The notes under the pieces are model-generated. The model was not told the origin of the DNA. It did no database searches and saw only the letters and a list, made by a program, of their open reading frames with translations. From NCBI GenBank assembly GCA_945903605.1, contig CAMDOH010000004.1, positions 2,593-66,592 on the forward strand: DNA of 64,000 nt. Direction: 5' to 3'. The DNA comes from Akkermansia muciniphila (lineage in GTDB: Bacteria > Verrucomicrobiota > Verrucomicrobiia > Limisphaerales > UBA1100). This document shows positions 52,952 through 63,932 of this stretch, piece by piece. Position 1 is the stretch's first letter. Each line of letters begins with the position of its first letter. The translations under genes were made by a program, and so were the position numbers.

Positions 52952-54079
52952 ATGACAACTCCCCGAATCGTCGCGCTGCGCGCATTTCTATCCTCATTCA
53001 TTTTGTCCACGGTTTTTCTTTTCGCTGAATCGATTCCCAAGCCATCACCCGCGCATTTCTCACCGCCAGCCGAATTTGTTGGCAAGTTGGGCGACTACCG
53101 TTCTCCACTGAGATTCAACGATGACAGACTGGTGAAGACTTCTGCCGATTGGGCGAAGCGGCGTGAAGAAATCCTTCGTCAATGGAACGGGTTGATGGGC
53201 GATTGGCCAAAGCTGCTGGAAAAACCGAAGCTGGAATTGGTCGGGAAATCGCAGCGGGAAGGGATCACGCAACACAAGGTCCGGGTTGAAATTGCCGCCG
53301 GTCAGATGTTGTCCGGAATCTTGCTTGTGCCCGAAGGAAAAGGGCCGTTTCCTGCCGTGCTCGTTCCGTTTTATGATGCTGAGACGGGCGCGGGACTCGG
53401 CAAACCGTTGCGAGATTTTGGCTGGCAACTTTCCAAACGAGGCTTCGTCACGCTCTCGATCGGTTCACCCGGCGGCGATGCGCGCAAACCTGAATCCGGC
53501 AAACCGCAATGGCAACCGCTCTCCTATCTGGCCTATGTCGCCGCCAATTGTCACACGGCCTTGGCACAGTCGGGATATGTGGATGCCTCGCGCATCGGTG
53601 TGGCTGGCCATTCCTACGGTGGCAAATGGGCGATGTTCGCCGCGTGTTTTTATGACAAATTTGCCTGCGGTGTTTGGAGTGATCCGGGAATCATGTTCGA
53701 TGAGACTCGGTCGAACATCAATTATTGGGAGCCGTGGTATCTCGGTCGCGATGAGAAAATGACGCGCAAGCCGGGCGTTGTCACCGCCGCCAATCCACGC
53801 ACCGGCGCCTACAAAATGATGGTGGAGCAGGGACGCGATCTGCATGAGGTGCAGGCGTTGATGTCTCCGAGGCCGTTCCTCGTCTCCGGTGGCGCTGAGG
53901 ATTCTGCCAAGCGCTGGATCGCCCTCAATCATATCGTGGCTGTGAACACGCTGCTCGGTCATTCTAATCGTGTGGCGATGACCAATCGGCCGATGCACGA
54001 TCCGACAGAAGAATCCAACGCTGTGCTCGTCGGGTTTTTTGAACAGTTTCTGAAGCCGTCGTTGCGGCGTGTTGAATGA
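52952..54079 (+). CDS. Secreted alpha/beta hydrolase (acetyl-xylan-esterase / dienelactone-hydrolase-like)
   Basis: 375 aa with a signal peptide. The nucleophile elbow is GHSYGG. The N-terminal lid region is typical of AXE1-like esterases. Confidence 0.7.
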   Translation: MTTPRIVALRAFLSSFILSTVFLFAESIPKPSPAHFSPPAEFVGKLGDYRSPLRFNDDRLVKTSADWAKRREEILRQWNGLMGDWPKLLEKPKLELVGKSQREGITQHKVRVEIAAGQMLSGILLVPEGKGPFPAVLVPFYDAETGAGLGKPLRDFGWQLSKRGFVTLSIGSPGGDARKPESGKPQWQPLSYLAYVAANCHTALAQSGYVDASRIGVAGHSYGGKWAMFAACFYDKFACGVWSDPGIMFDETRSNINYWEPWYLGRDEKMTRKPGVVTAANPRTGAYKMMVEQGRDLHEVQALMSPRPFLVSGGAEDSAKRWIALNHIVAVNTLLGHSNRVAMTNRPMHDPTEESNAVLVGFFEQFLKPSLRRVE

Positions 54080-55572
54080 TGGAGTCGCCGTCGGATAATC
54101 TTCGACAGCGCGTGGGTCTGATTCTGTCGCCACTTGTTTGCGCGTGTGTTTGGTTTGTTCCCTTGTCCGGATTGAATCCGGCGGCGCATCATCTCCTCGC
54201 GATACTCGCAGCGGTCGTCACGCTGTGGGTCACCGAGGCAATTCCACTGGCGGTGACCGCTTTGCTCGGTCCGACACTGTGCGTTGTCGTCGGAGTTTCC
54301 GAAGCGAAAGTAGCCTACAAAGGATTCGCCGATCCGATCATCTTTCTTTTTCTCGGCAGCTTTCTGCTGGCCGAAGCGATGATTCACCACGGACTGAATC
54401 GCCGAATCGCATTCACCCTGCTAGGGATGCCGGCCTTCGGGAAAAATCCGGCGCGTGTGCTTCTCGGATTCGGTCTGGTGACAGCGCTCATCTCGATGTG
54501 GGTTTCGAACACAGCGACAACGGCGATGATGTTTCCCGTTGGCGTCGCGATCCTGACGGAGATGGCGCGACAGGCATCGCGCCAAGCGGGACGAGAGATT
54601 GATTATACGCAACTGCGTTTTGGAACAGGACTGATGCTGATGGCTGCATTCGCATCCTCCATCGGCGGGTTGGCAACACCGGTGGGGACACCGCCGAATC
54701 TCATCGGCATCGGCCTTATCGAAAAACATCTCGGAACAAAGATCTCATTTTTCCAATGGGTCAGTTTCGGATTGCCACTGGCGCTGGTGTTGCTCGCGTT
54801 TCTGGTGGTCCACTTAAAAAGGGCGTGTCCAGCCGATGCAGGTTTGACGACTGGCGGCGACTGGATCGAACTGGAGAAAGCCAAGTTGGGGCCGATCCGA
54901 CGTGGCGAATGGAATGTGCTCTTCGCATTTTGTTTTATGGTTTCTCTCTGGTTGCTGCCCGGCGTGGTGGTGCTGATCACCGGTTCCGATTCTCACTATG
55001 CCAAACTGTTGAACACCCATTTGCCCGAAGCCACAGTGGCGTTGCTGGGAGCGACGTTGCTCTTTGTGCTTCCAATCAATTTCGCTCGCGGCGAATTCAC
55101 GTTGAGCTGGCGCAATGCCGAACGAATTGACTGGGGTACGATTCTTCTTTTTGGCGGCGGGTTGGCGCTGGGTGAGATGATGTTTTCCACGGGATTGGCC
55201 ACTTGGATTGGTGAAGGGCTGGCTCATTTGCTAAATGCGAAAACAAGTTTGGGCCTGGTGATTTTGTTCACGGTGATTGCCGTGCTTGTTTCTGAAACTA
55301 CTTCTAATGCTGCCTCCGCCACGATGGTGGTGCCCGTGGCCATCGCGGTGGCGCAAGCTGCTGGGGTGGATCCACTGCGTCCTGCGTTGGCGGCGTGTCT
55401 CGGTGCGTCGATGGGTTTCATGCTGCCGGTTTCAACGCCGCCGAATGCCATTGTTTACGGCTCGCGCTGCATCCCTCTCTCGAAGATGATCACTCAGGGT
55501 GCCGCACTGGATGCGGCGGGAATTGTCGCCGTTGTGGCTGTCGTGGAATGGCTCGTGCCGTTGGTTTTTTGA
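54076..55572 (+). CDS. DASS/SLC13 family sodium-coupled anion (di/tricarboxylate or sulfate) symporter
   Basis: 498 aa. The ATG overlaps the upstream stop (ATGA). The two hairpin SNT-type motifs are VSNTATTAMMFP and TSNAASATMVVP. Confidence 0.85.
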   Translation: MMESPSDNLRQRVGLILSPLVCACVWFVPLSGLNPAAHHLLAILAAVVTLWVTEAIPLAVTALLGPTLCVVVGVSEAKVAYKGFADPIIFLFLGSFLLAEAMIHHGLNRRIAFTLLGMPAFGKNPARVLLGFGLVTALISMWVSNTATTAMMFPVGVAILTEMARQASRQAGREIDYTQLRFGTGLMLMAAFASSIGGLATPVGTPPNLIGIGLIEKHLGTKISFFQWVSFGLPLALVLLAFLVVHLKRACPADAGLTTGGDWIELEKAKLGPIRRGEWNVLFAFCFMVSLWLLPGVVVLITGSDSHYAKLLNTHLPEATVALLGATLLFVLPINFARGEFTLSWRNAERIDWGTILLFGGGLALGEMMFSTGLATWIGEGLAHLLNAKTSLGLVILFTVIAVLVSETTSNAASATMVVPVAIAVAQAAGVDPLRPALAACLGASMGFMLPVSTPPNAIVYGSRCIPLSKMITQGAALDAAGIVAVVAVVEWLVPLVF

Positions 55573-55578
55573 GGACAC

Positions 55579-55791
55579 ATGGAAGATACAAATGAAGGAC
55601 GGTTGGTACGGATTGAATCGCACGTTGCCGTTTTGGAACGGCTCGTTGAGGAGTTGAATGGAGTGATTGTGGAACAGCAGAAGCAGATCGCGAAACTCCA
55701 AACGCAGGCGACCAATATCAGTCAGGTGATCGATGCTCAGGAATTCGAGCGGATGAAGGAGACACAATCCAAGCCGCCGCATTACCAGTGA
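55579..55791 (+). CDS. slyX: SlyX family coiled-coil protein
   Basis: 70 aa. The stretch RLVRIESHVAVLERLVEELNGVIVEQQKQIAKLQ... ends with the characteristic PPHY. Confidence 0.75.
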   Translation: MEDTNEGRLVRIESHVAVLERLVEELNGVIVEQQKQIAKLQTQATNISQVIDAQEFERMKETQSKPPHYQ

Positions 55792-56976
55792 TCAACTTTG
55801 GCTGAGTCGCGGCTTGGGTGTATCGAACATCATCTCGTGAGACTGCTGGAGGATTTCTGGAATCCGCGCGGCAAATGGACTCTTGGCGATAGATTTCGGC
55901 AACTGCGACCAGTCCAGCTTCGCCACGTTTTCGCCGGGGAACCAGTGGTCGGCCTGGCCGAGCAGGTTGTAGCGCATCTTTCCCCAGTCCACGAGGTCGA
56001 GGCTTTTTGCATACGTCCACAGGCGCAGGATTTCCATCACGTTCACCTGGCTGGGCACGTCGATGTAGTGCGGCAAGCCCTCGTGCCAACGGGCGCACCA
56101 ATCGGCCCCGAGCACGCGGTCCATCTCGGAGCGCAGGCGCGCTTCGATGGGCGCGATGATTTCCGCCGCGCGGGCGTAGTGTTTTAAGCCGGCCAGGTGA
56201 TCGTCAAAATCGCTCGGACGCGCGGCGCCACAACTGAGCGTATGCACCTGCGGCCGCGCCAGACAATAGAGGCTGTTAAATTGCATCGGCGTGAGCGGCG
56301 CGCAGAGTTCCACCAACTTTTTCGGTGGCGCATAAAGTTTGCCGCCCTTGTCGTTGGGGCTGATGATAAAGATGCCCATGTCCAGCCGCGCGGCTTCTTC
56401 GATGGCGGTCCAGTTGAGATCGTTCACGAAGTACCAGTGGACATTGAAATAATCAAAGGCATCGCTGCGCACGGCTTCGAGAATGATGTCGGTGGTGGCG
56501 TGGGTGGAGAAGCCGACGTGGCGCACGCGGCCTTCGCGTTGAAGCTGCCGCGCCGCTTCGACGCAGCCGCCTTTGCGCAGGCTCCAGTCCAGCAATTGCC
56601 GGTTGTTGATGCCGTGCATCGAGAGCAGGTCCACGTGGTCCAGTTGCAGAAGGCGCATGGATTTATTGAACGTGTCGATGAATTCGCGCGCGGTGGCGAA
56701 GGGCGCGACCTTCGTTTGCACGATTAACTTTTCGCGCGGCAGTTTGGGCAGCACCCAGCCAAGCTGCATCTCGCTTGAGCCATAGCCGCGCGCGGTTTCA
56801 ATGTGGTTGATGCCCAACTCGAGTGCGCGATGGATCGTGGCCTCCAGATTCGCCTGACCATCGGTGGGCACTTCCTTGGGATCGATGTCCTGCCACTTGT
56901 GTTGATAGCGCATGCCGCCGCAGGAGAACACGGGCATCTGCAATTCAGTGCGGCCAAATCGTCGGTATTGCATCAT
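55792..56976 (-). CDS. Aldo/keto reductase with a C-terminal extension
   Basis: 394 aa. The start is [23 protein letters not shown]. The blocks [14 protein letters not shown] and VDLLSMHG are present. Confidence 0.85.
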   Translation of the reverse strand: MMQYRRFGRTELQMPVFSCGGMRYQHKWQDIDPKEVPTDGQANLEATIHRALELGINHIETARGYGSSEMQLGWVLPKLPREKLIVQTKVAPFATAREFIDTFNKSMRLLQLDHVDLLSMHGINNRQLLDWSLRKGGCVEAARQLQREGRVRHVGFSTHATTDIILEAVRSDAFDYFNVHWYFVNDLNWTAIEEAARLDMGIFIISPNDKGGKLYAPPKKLVELCAPLTPMQFNSLYCLARPQVHTLSCGAARPSDFDDHLAGLKHYARAAEIIAPIEARLRSEMDRVLGADWCARWHEGLPHYIDVPSQVNVMEILRLWTYAKSLDLVDWGKMRYNLLGQADHWFPGENVAKLDWSQLPKSIAKSPFAARIPEILQQSHEMMFDTPKPRLSQS

Positions 56977-56991
56977 GAGAAAGGGGGCGGG

Positions 56992-57849
56992 TTAAACAAA
57001 CTCCAGTTCCGGCAGGCGCGGCAGAAGTCCAGCGGCGTGGGCCTGGCCGAGGAAACGGCGGATGGTCTCGCGGCCGCGATCGCCATAGTCGAGCGTCCAG
57101 TGATTGACATACATGCCCACAAATCGGTCGGCCAATTCATGGCCCATGTCGCGCGCATATTGCAAGGCGTGCGCCACTGCTGGTTCGCGGTGATCAAGAC
57201 TGTACTGGATGCTCTCGGTGAGAAGCGCGGCGATCACGCGACGATCCGCTTCGGCGATGCGCTTGTGAATCACGTTGCCGCCGAGGGGCAGCGGCAGGCC
57301 ATCGTTCTCCTGTCCCCACCACACGCCCAAGTCGGCGCAGCAAACGAGACCCTCGTTTTGAAAAGTAAGCTGGCCTTCGTGGATGATGAGTCCCACATCG
57401 GCTTGTCCGGCGCGCACGGTTTTGAAAATCTCGTCGAAGGGCACGACCACCAGATCCAGCGCCGACGCAGATTTGCCCAGCCAGAGTTGCAGCGCGAGAA
57501 ACGCGCTCGTCAAGAGACCGGGCACCGCGATTTTTTTATGGCGGATTTCCTCGCGAGAATAATTGGATTGGGCCACGAGCATCGGCCCGTAGCCATCGCC
57601 CATGCTCGCGCCGCTGGGCAGGAGGGCGTACTGATCGCAGACGTGCGCGTAGGCGTGAATGCTGATGGCGGAGATGTCCAGTTCGCCGCGAGTGGCACGT
57701 TCGTTGAGCGTCTGGATGTCCTGCAGGATGTGCTGAAAACGAAAGCCGTGCGTGTCCAGCCGATCCTTCGCCAGCGCATAAAACATGAAGGCGTCATCGG
57801 GATCCGGAGAGTGGCCGAGCGTCAAAGTCTGTGCCGACATGCGCGGCAT
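56992..57849 (-). CDS. mqnD: 1,4-dihydroxy-6-naphthoate synthase (futalosine pathway)
   Basis: 285 aa. The stretch LTLGHSPDPDDAFMFYALAKDRL...DISAISIHAYAHVCDQYALLPSGASMGDGYGPMLVA closely resembles MqnD (compare Thermus LGYSPCPNDTFIFY...). Confidence 0.8.
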   Translation of the reverse strand: MPRMSAQTLTLGHSPDPDDAFMFYALAKDRLDTHGFRFQHILQDIQTLNERATRGELDISAISIHAYAHVCDQYALLPSGASMGDGYGPMLVAQSNYSREEIRHKKIAVPGLLTSAFLALQLWLGKSASALDLVVVPFDEIFKTVRAGQADVGLIIHEGQLTFQNEGLVCCADLGVWWGQENDGLPLPLGGNVIHKRIAEADRRVIAALLTESIQYSLDHREPAVAHALQYARDMGHELADRFVGMYVNHWTLDYGDRGRETIRRFLGQAHAAGLLPRLPELEFV

Positions 57850-57944
57850 TGTGGGAGTGAGCCTGTAAATGTCGAATTGAATTTGCGCGTTTGAGAGGTG
57901 TTTTCACTGGTCAAAAGGAAGGCCGTCCCACACATTTCGCGGGG

Positions 57945-59006
57945 ATGGGACAGTTTCTAATCAAGCGGGTGCTTCACATGATTCCCATCCTGTTGGGTGT
58001 TTCACTTCTGACATTTCTGCTGCTGGATTTGACGCCGGGGGATTATTTCACCGCGCTCGAAAACAATCCCCAAATCACCAAGGAGAGGCTCGACCAACTG
58101 CGCGCGAAGTGGCACTTGGATGAGTCTTGGTACGTGCAGTACGGGTACTGGATCAAAAACCTTTGGTTTGCCAATGGCAAGTTGGGCGACTTGAAAAGCC
58201 AATGGAACAAGGAAGCGGATGGCCGTGTCTGGCGAGTGATTAAACACGCTGTGATGCCCGACTTTGGCGATTCGCTGCAATACAAGCAGCCTTCCTCGCA
58301 ACTGATCACCCTGCGCCTTTGGAACACATTCATGCTTTCACTCATGGCGATGATCCTCGCGTGGGGCATCGCCTTGCCGCTCGGCATTTGGGCGGCTGTA
58401 AAAAAGGATTCATGGGTGGATCGCTCCTGTTCTGGCATCGCATTTCTGGGCCTATCGATCCCAGAAATCCTGCTCGGGCTGCTTGCATTGATGTTCGCGT
58501 ATTCCACCGGCTGGTTCCCCATTGGCGGTGTTGAGTCCGACATGTATTACGGCGTGGACGAGTGGTCGATTCCCAGATTGATGGATCGGTTTCACCACTT
58601 GCTGTTGCCGGCAGCGGTGTTGGCGGCCAGTTCACTGGCGGGGTTGATGCGCCAGATGCGATCCAATCTGCTGGACACATTGCGTGCCGAATACGTGACC
58701 ACGGCGCGAGCCAAAGGACTGGGTGAAGGCTGGGTGATTTACAAACACGCGTTGCGCAACGCTATCAACCCGCTGCTCACCATTTTTGGTTATTCGCTCG
58801 CGCACCTGCTCAGCGGAGCGTTCATCGTTGAAAACGTGATGTCCTGGCCGGGACTCGGCCGACTCACGCTTGAAGCTCTGCAACAACAGGATTATCCGCT
58901 CGTGGTCGCGGCTGTCCTGATGGCCACGGCTTTGTTGATGGCGGGAAATTTCGTGGCGGATCTGCTTTTGGCTTGGAGCGACCCTCGTATTCGGCTTGAA
59001 AAATGA
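57945..59006 (+). CDS. Peptide/nickel (PepT family) ABC transporter permease, DppB/OppB-like
   Basis: I prefer the ATG at 57945. The start is MGQFLIKRVLHMIPILLGVSLLTFLL. The EAA-like block is TARAKGL. Confidence 0.9.
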   Translation: MGQFLIKRVLHMIPILLGVSLLTFLLLDLTPGDYFTALENNPQITKERLDQLRAKWHLDESWYVQYGYWIKNLWFANGKLGDLKSQWNKEADGRVWRVIKHAVMPDFGDSLQYKQPSSQLITLRLWNTFMLSLMAMILAWGIALPLGIWAAVKKDSWVDRSCSGIAFLGLSIPEILLGLLALMFAYSTGWFPIGGVESDMYYGVDEWSIPRLMDRFHHLLLPAAVLAASSLAGLMRQMRSNLLDTLRAEYVTTARAKGLGEGWVIYKHALRNAINPLLTIFGYSLAHLLSGAFIVENVMSWPGLGRLTLEALQQQDYPLVVAAVLMATALLMAGNFVADLLLAWSDPRIRLEK

Positions 59007-60100
59007 ACGAGGCAATCGATCCAACCAATAATCCCAACGCGCGCATCCCGCGCACGCCGTGGCGGCTATTTTGGGATCGGCTGCGCCGTCGCCGGCTCGC
59101 CCTCACAGGCGGCATCATTTTGGTATTCTTGTATGCGGTGACGTTGCTGGCAGGTTTTGTTTCGCCGTACCATTTCGAGCGCGAAGACCGTGAGCGGTTT
59201 TTTCATCCCCCCATCCGGCCCATGTTCGATGGATTCCGATTGGTGGTACCTCGATTCAAACCTGTGGAAGGTCAGCTTGCAAAATATGAGCGCGTGCAGG
59301 GTGAAACCCGTTCGCTTCGATTCTTCGTCCAAGGCGACAAATACAAACTCGCTGGGTTGATTCCCTGCCAGACGCATCTGCTGGGCACCGGTGACGAACA
59401 GATTCCCGTGTACTTGCTGGGCACCGATCAGTTGGGTCGCGATGTTTTCTCGCGCCTGCTGTACGGTTCGCAAATCTCGCTCTCGATCGGGTTGATAGGC
59501 ATTCTGCTGACGTTTTCAATGGGCATGTTGGTGGGTGGCATTTCAGGATATTTCGGAGGCTGGGCGGATACGATCATCATGCGGTTGTGCGAGTTGATCA
59601 TGTCCGTGCCCGGACTGTATCTGATTCTGACACTGCGATCGGTTTTCCCAGCGGGAATGTCCTCCACCCACGTCTATCTGCTCATCATTGTGATCCTCAG
59701 CTTCATCGGTTGGGCGAGCATGGCGCGAGTGATTCGAGGGATGACGCTTTCGTTGCGCGAGCGGCAATTTGTTTTGGCGGCGCGCGTGCTGGGGCAGACT
59801 CGGCTAAAAATCATCGCACGCCACATTCTTCCGAACACATTTTCCTACGTCATCGTCGCCGCGACACTCAGCGTGCCGTACTACATTTTGGGCGAGGTGA
59901 TTTTGAGTTATCTGGCCGTGGGCATTCAGGAACCGCAGGCGAGCTGGGGGCTGATGCTCAAGGACGCGTATGTGAACCGCCAAAACCTGACGTTGTATCC
60001 GTGGCTGTTGGCGCCCGGCGCAGCGATCTTCATCACCGTTCTGGCTTTCAACTTTCTCGGCGATGGTTTAAGAGACGCCGCCGACACCAAATCCACCTAA
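59003..60100 (+). CDS. Peptide ABC transporter permease, DppC/OppC-like
   Basis: 365 aa. The start overlaps the upstream stop. The blocks LGTDQLGRDVFSRLLYG and the EAA-like AARVLG are present. Confidence 0.9.
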   Translation: MNEAIDPTNNPNARIPRTPWRLFWDRLRRRRLALTGGIILVFLYAVTLLAGFVSPYHFEREDRERFFHPPIRPMFDGFRLVVPRFKPVEGQLAKYERVQGETRSLRFFVQGDKYKLAGLIPCQTHLLGTGDEQIPVYLLGTDQLGRDVFSRLLYGSQISLSIGLIGILLTFSMGMLVGGISGYFGGWADTIIMRLCELIMSVPGLYLILTLRSVFPAGMSSTHVYLLIIVILSFIGWASMARVIRGMTLSLRERQFVLAARVLGQTRLKIIARHILPNTFSYVIVAATLSVPYYILGEVILSYLAVGIQEPQASWGLMLKDAYVNRQNLTLYPWLLAPGAAIFITVLAFNFLGDGLRDAADTKST

Positions 60101-61068
60101 TGCCACTGCTCGATATTCAAGACCTGCATCTGGAATTTGGCACCGGAGCCGATGCGGTGCGCGCTGTGGACGGACTTTCGTTGACCATCGCTGAGGGCGA
60201 AACTCTCGGCCTCGTCGGCGAGAGCGGCTGCGGCAAAAGTGTCACAGCGCTTTCCATCACGCGTCTGGTGCCCGCTCCGCCAGCGCGATACACGAGCGGA
60301 CGCATCCTGCTCGATGGCAAAGATGTCCTCAAAATGGAGCAGTCGAAGCTGCGACACATCCGCGGCAAAATGGTCAGCTACATTTTTCAAGAGCCCGGGT
60401 CATCGTTGAATCCGGTCTTTCGTGTGGGCAGCCAGATCAAAGAATCACTCCAACTACACCGTCCCGAGATGGCGACCGATTCCGAAGTCATTCGCCTGCT
60501 CAAACTCGTCGGCATCCCCGCGCCGGAACTTCGCATCAAGGATTATCCGCACCAGATGTCCGGCGGGATGCAGCAACGCATCATGATCGCGATGGCACTG
60601 GCCAGTGAGCCTCGACTGCTGGTTGCCGATGAACCGACCACCGCGCTCGATGTGACCATTCAGGCGCAGATACTCGATCTTCTGCGCGATCTGAAACAGC
60701 GGTTGCGCATGAGCATTCTGCTCATCACCCACAATCTGGGAATCGTGGGCGACATTGCCGATCGCGTGGCGGTGATGTATGCCGGCCAAGTGGTGGAGCT
60801 TGCGCCCGCGCGCGATTTATTGCAGCGCCCACTGCATCCTTACACGCAGGCACTCATGAATTCGGTGCCGAAACTCGGACGCGAGGCTGGGCGGTTGCAA
60901 TCGATTCCCGGCACAGTCCCCGCCGTGGGCGCGTTCCCAAGTGGATGCCGGTTTCATCCGCGCTGTCCGAAGGCGCAACCGGATTGCTCGAAGAAAGTGC
61001 CCGAGTTGATTGAAGTTGAGCCGAGCCGTTTCGTGCGGTGCCCGTATTGGAGCCATGGCAAACTGTGA
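60100..61068 (+). CDS. Peptide ABC transporter ATP-binding protein (DppD/OppD-like)
   Basis: The ATG at 60100 overlaps the upstream TAA (TAATG). The start is [13 protein letters not shown]. Walker A is GESGCGKS. The signature is MSGGMQQR. Walker B is LLVADEPT. The upstream part of ORF 59587..61068 is out-of-frame permease sequence. Confidence 0.9.
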   Translation: MPLLDIQDLHLEFGTGADAVRAVDGLSLTIAEGETLGLVGESGCGKSVTALSITRLVPAPPARYTSGRILLDGKDVLKMEQSKLRHIRGKMVSYIFQEPGSSLNPVFRVGSQIKESLQLHRPEMATDSEVIRLLKLVGIPAPELRIKDYPHQMSGGMQQRIMIAMALASEPRLLVADEPTTALDVTIQAQILDLLRDLKQRLRMSILLITHNLGIVGDIADRVAVMYAGQVVELAPARDLLQRPLHPYTQALMNSVPKLGREAGRLQSIPGTVPAVGAFPSGCRFHPRCPKAQPDCSKKVPELIEVEPSRFVRCPYWSHGKL

Positions 61069-61081
61069 AACACCACGCACA

Positions 61082-62047
61082 ATGAGCCTGCTCAAAGTCA
61101 ATAATCTCAAGGTCTACTTTCCGGTGAAGCACGGGCTGTTCAGCCGTGTGAAGGCGCATGTGAAGGCGGTGGATGGGGTGAGTCTGCACATCGAGCCGGG
61201 CGAGACGCTGGGGCTTGTCGGCGAGAGCGGCTGCGGCAAAACGACGCTCGGCCGATCGATCATCCGGCTCATCGAGCCGACGTCGGGTACTGTGGAATTC
61301 GATGGCGAACAGATCACAGAACTCAGCGGGGGCGAATTGCGGTCGAGTCGGCGTAAGTTCCAGATGATTTTTCAGGATCCGTACAGTTCGCTGAATCCGC
61401 GGATGACGGTCGGCCAGATTATCGGCGAGGCGATAGACATCCACCATCTCGCGGCCAATAGCGTTGCAAAAGAAGCGCGAGTGCAAGAGCTGTTGAAGGC
61501 GGTGGGACTCGATCCGATTTACGCGCAGCGGTACCCGCACGAATTCAGCGGTGGGCAACGGCAGCGAATCGGCATTGCGCGGGCGCTGGCGGTGGAGCCG
61601 AAGTTGATTGTGTGCGACGAGCCGGTGAGCGCGCTCGATGTCTCTGTGCAGGCGCAAATCATCAATCTGCTGAAAGATTTGCAGGTGCAAAAGGGGTTGG
61701 CGTATCTGTTCATCGCGCATGATTTGGCGGTGGTGGAGCACATCAGCCAGCGGGTGATGGTGATGTACTTGGGCAAGGTGGTGGAATTGGCGGACTCACA
61801 AAAAGTCTGTCGCGAGCCGAAGCATCCGTACTCGCAAGCGCTGATTTCGGCGGTGCCGGTGGTGGATCCGGACAGCAAACGTCAGCGGATCATCTTGCCG
61901 GGTGATGTGCCTTCGCCGATCGATCCGCCCACGGGCTGTGTTTTCCATCCGCGTTGTCCGGTGGCCGAAGCGCGTTGCAAAGTGGAGTCGCCGGCATTGC
62001 GGGAAATCACGCCTGGTCACTGGGCGGCGTGTCATCTGGCAAAGTAG
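61082..62047 (+). CDS. Peptide ABC transporter ATP-binding protein (DppF/OppF-like)
   Basis: The ATG at 61082 gives [13 protein letters not shown]. An alternative ATG lies at 61055. Walker A is GESGCGKT. The signature is FSGGQRQR. Walker B is LIVCDEPV. Confidence 0.9.
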   Translation: MSLLKVNNLKVYFPVKHGLFSRVKAHVKAVDGVSLHIEPGETLGLVGESGCGKTTLGRSIIRLIEPTSGTVEFDGEQITELSGGELRSSRRKFQMIFQDPYSSLNPRMTVGQIIGEAIDIHHLAANSVAKEARVQELLKAVGLDPIYAQRYPHEFSGGQRQRIGIARALAVEPKLIVCDEPVSALDVSVQAQIINLLKDLQVQKGLAYLFIAHDLAVVEHISQRVMVMYLGKVVELADSQKVCREPKHPYSQALISAVPVVDPDSKRQRIILPGDVPSPIDPPTGCVFHPRCPVAEARCKVESPALREITPGHWAACHLAK

Positions 62048-62088
62048 AATCGTTTGCTTCGGTCCGTGTTTTCGTTAAACTCCGGCGC

Positions 62089-63870
62089 ATGAGAATCCCC
62101 TCGGTTTGTTTCTTGTTTTCGTTGGCGTGTCTTTTGGGCTGCGGCAAACCGGGAATCAAAACACCCGTCAACAAACCTGCCTCTGCGTTGACGGAGCCGC
62201 CTTTGGTTTCCACGTGTGAGCCGGGGATCTCCGGAGGGCGGTTACGAATTGCGACGTTTGGCGATCCCAAGACGTTTAATCCAATCACGGAAAACGAGTC
62301 GTCTTCTCAGGACATCATCCGGTTGCTTTTCAGCGGTCTGATTAATTTGGATGTGCCTACGCAGAAAGTTCAGCCGGGGCTGGCGCACGCTTGGGAAGTG
62401 GCAGCGGATCAAAAGACGTGGATCTTCAAATTGCGCAAAGGGCTGCTTTGGAGCGATGGGAAACCGTTGACGGCCGATGACGTGATTTTCACGTGGGAGG
62501 TGATTTACCATCCGAAGATCAACAACGTGACTTCGGACTTGTTCAAGATCGACGGCAAGAATTTCGAGGTGACAATGGTGGATGAGTTGACTGTGAAAGT
62601 GGTGACGCCCGAACCGTACGCACCCTTCATCGAGTACTTCGGCAGCGTGCCGATTCTTCCGCGCCACACGTTGGAGGGCATGGTGAAGAAGGGCGAATTC
62701 GAGTCGGCCTACGGCATCAACACTCCGCCGGCCGAGCTGGTTTCCTGCGGGCCATTTGTATTGAAAATGTTTAAGCCGGGCGAATTCACATTGTTGGAAC
62801 GGAACCCGAAGTTTTACGCCGTGGACAGAAATCGCACGCGATTGCCGTATCTGGACAGCGCCATTTACGTGGTGATGCCGGACCAAAATTCGATGTCGCT
62901 CCGATTTCTGAAAGGTGAGGCGGATATTCAAGAGGTCGTGCGTCCTGATGAGTTCGATGAATTCAAAAAAGCTTCCACAACCGGCAGCGCCAAGTTTGAT
63001 CTTGTGGACTTGGGTGTCGGATTGGAGCGCGGTTTTCTCTGGTTCAATTTGAATCCGAACAAGGATGAAAAGTCGGGCAAACCGTTGGTCGCACCGGAAA
63101 AACTCGCGTGGTTCAGCCAGACTAAATTCCGACAGGCCATTTCCTACGCGCTCGATCGGGAGACAATCAGCAAATCCATTTTCGCCGGTCGCGCCACGCC
63201 GAATTACACTTACATCTCCAGCGCCAACACGAAGTGGTACAATCCCAACACGCCGCAATATCCGATGGACCTCGCCAAGTCGAAGGCATTGCTGAAGGAG
63301 ATCGGCATCGAAGATCGCAACAATGACGGACAATTGGAGGACGCCGCCGGAAAGCCGATCGAAGTCATCCTCAACACCAATACCGGCAATCCACTGCGCG
63401 AACGCACGGCGTTGCTGATGGTGAGCGACCTGAAAAAACTCGGCATCAAAGTCGTTTATCAGCCCATCGAATTCAATTCACTCGTCGCGAAAATCAACAA
63501 CACAAAAGATTACGACTGCATCCTGCTCGGACTCGGCGGCGGCGGACTCGATCCCGCTTCCAGCATGAACGTGCTGCGGTCCGACGGGTTCACGCACCAA
63601 TGGAATCCGCGTCAGAAAACTCCCGCCACGCCTTGGGAAGCGAAGATCGATGAATTGATGAACGAGCAAATCAAGACCATCGACCCTGTGAAGCGGAAAC
63701 AACTTTTCGACGAAGTGCAGCAAATCCTCGGCGAGCAGATGCCGATGATCTACACCGTCGCGCCGAAAGTTTACTCGGCCTACCGCAGTAACTTGGGCAA
63801 TGTGCGCCCCACGCCACTGAGCAGTTACCGCATCTCTTGGAATGCCGAAGAAATCTATTTCAAGAAGTGA
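62089..63870 (+). CDS. ABC transporter substrate-binding lipoprotein, family 5 (peptide/nickel)
   Basis: I prefer the ATG at 62089, which gives MRIPSVCFLFSLACLLGC (lipobox). The SBP_bac_5-like body is 593 aa. Confidence 0.9.
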   Translation: MRIPSVCFLFSLACLLGCGKPGIKTPVNKPASALTEPPLVSTCEPGISGGRLRIATFGDPKTFNPITENESSSQDIIRLLFSGLINLDVPTQKVQPGLAHAWEVAADQKTWIFKLRKGLLWSDGKPLTADDVIFTWEVIYHPKINNVTSDLFKIDGKNFEVTMVDELTVKVVTPEPYAPFIEYFGSVPILPRHTLEGMVKKGEFESAYGINTPPAELVSCGPFVLKMFKPGEFTLLERNPKFYAVDRNRTRLPYLDSAIYVVMPDQNSMSLRFLKGEADIQEVVRPDEFDEFKKASTTGSAKFDLVDLGVGLERGFLWFNLNPNKDEKSGKPLVAPEKLAWFSQTKFRQAISYALDRETISKSIFAGRATPNYTYISSANTKWYNPNTPQYPMDLAKSKALLKEIGIEDRNNDGQLEDAAGKPIEVILNTNTGNPLRERTALLMVSDLKKLGIKVVYQPIEFNSLVAKINNTKDYDCILLGLGGGGLDPASSMNVLRSDGFTHQWNPRQKTPATPWEAKIDELMNEQIKTIDPVKRKQLFDEVQQILGEQMPMIYTVAPKVYSAYRSNLGNVRPTPLSSYRISWNAEEIYFKK

Positions 63871-63932
63871 AGGCGCAAAAAGGAAGTAACGCGTTGAACT
63901 CAACCTGCGTCTGTGCTACTGAAATGACAGCT

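Noticed and set aside
59587-60099. N-terminal 171 codons of the 493-aa ORF 59587..61068
   Set aside because: This part is an out-of-frame read-through of the DppC-like permease gene. The real ATPase begins at the ATG at 60100 ([13 protein letters not shown]) with a TAATG overlap.
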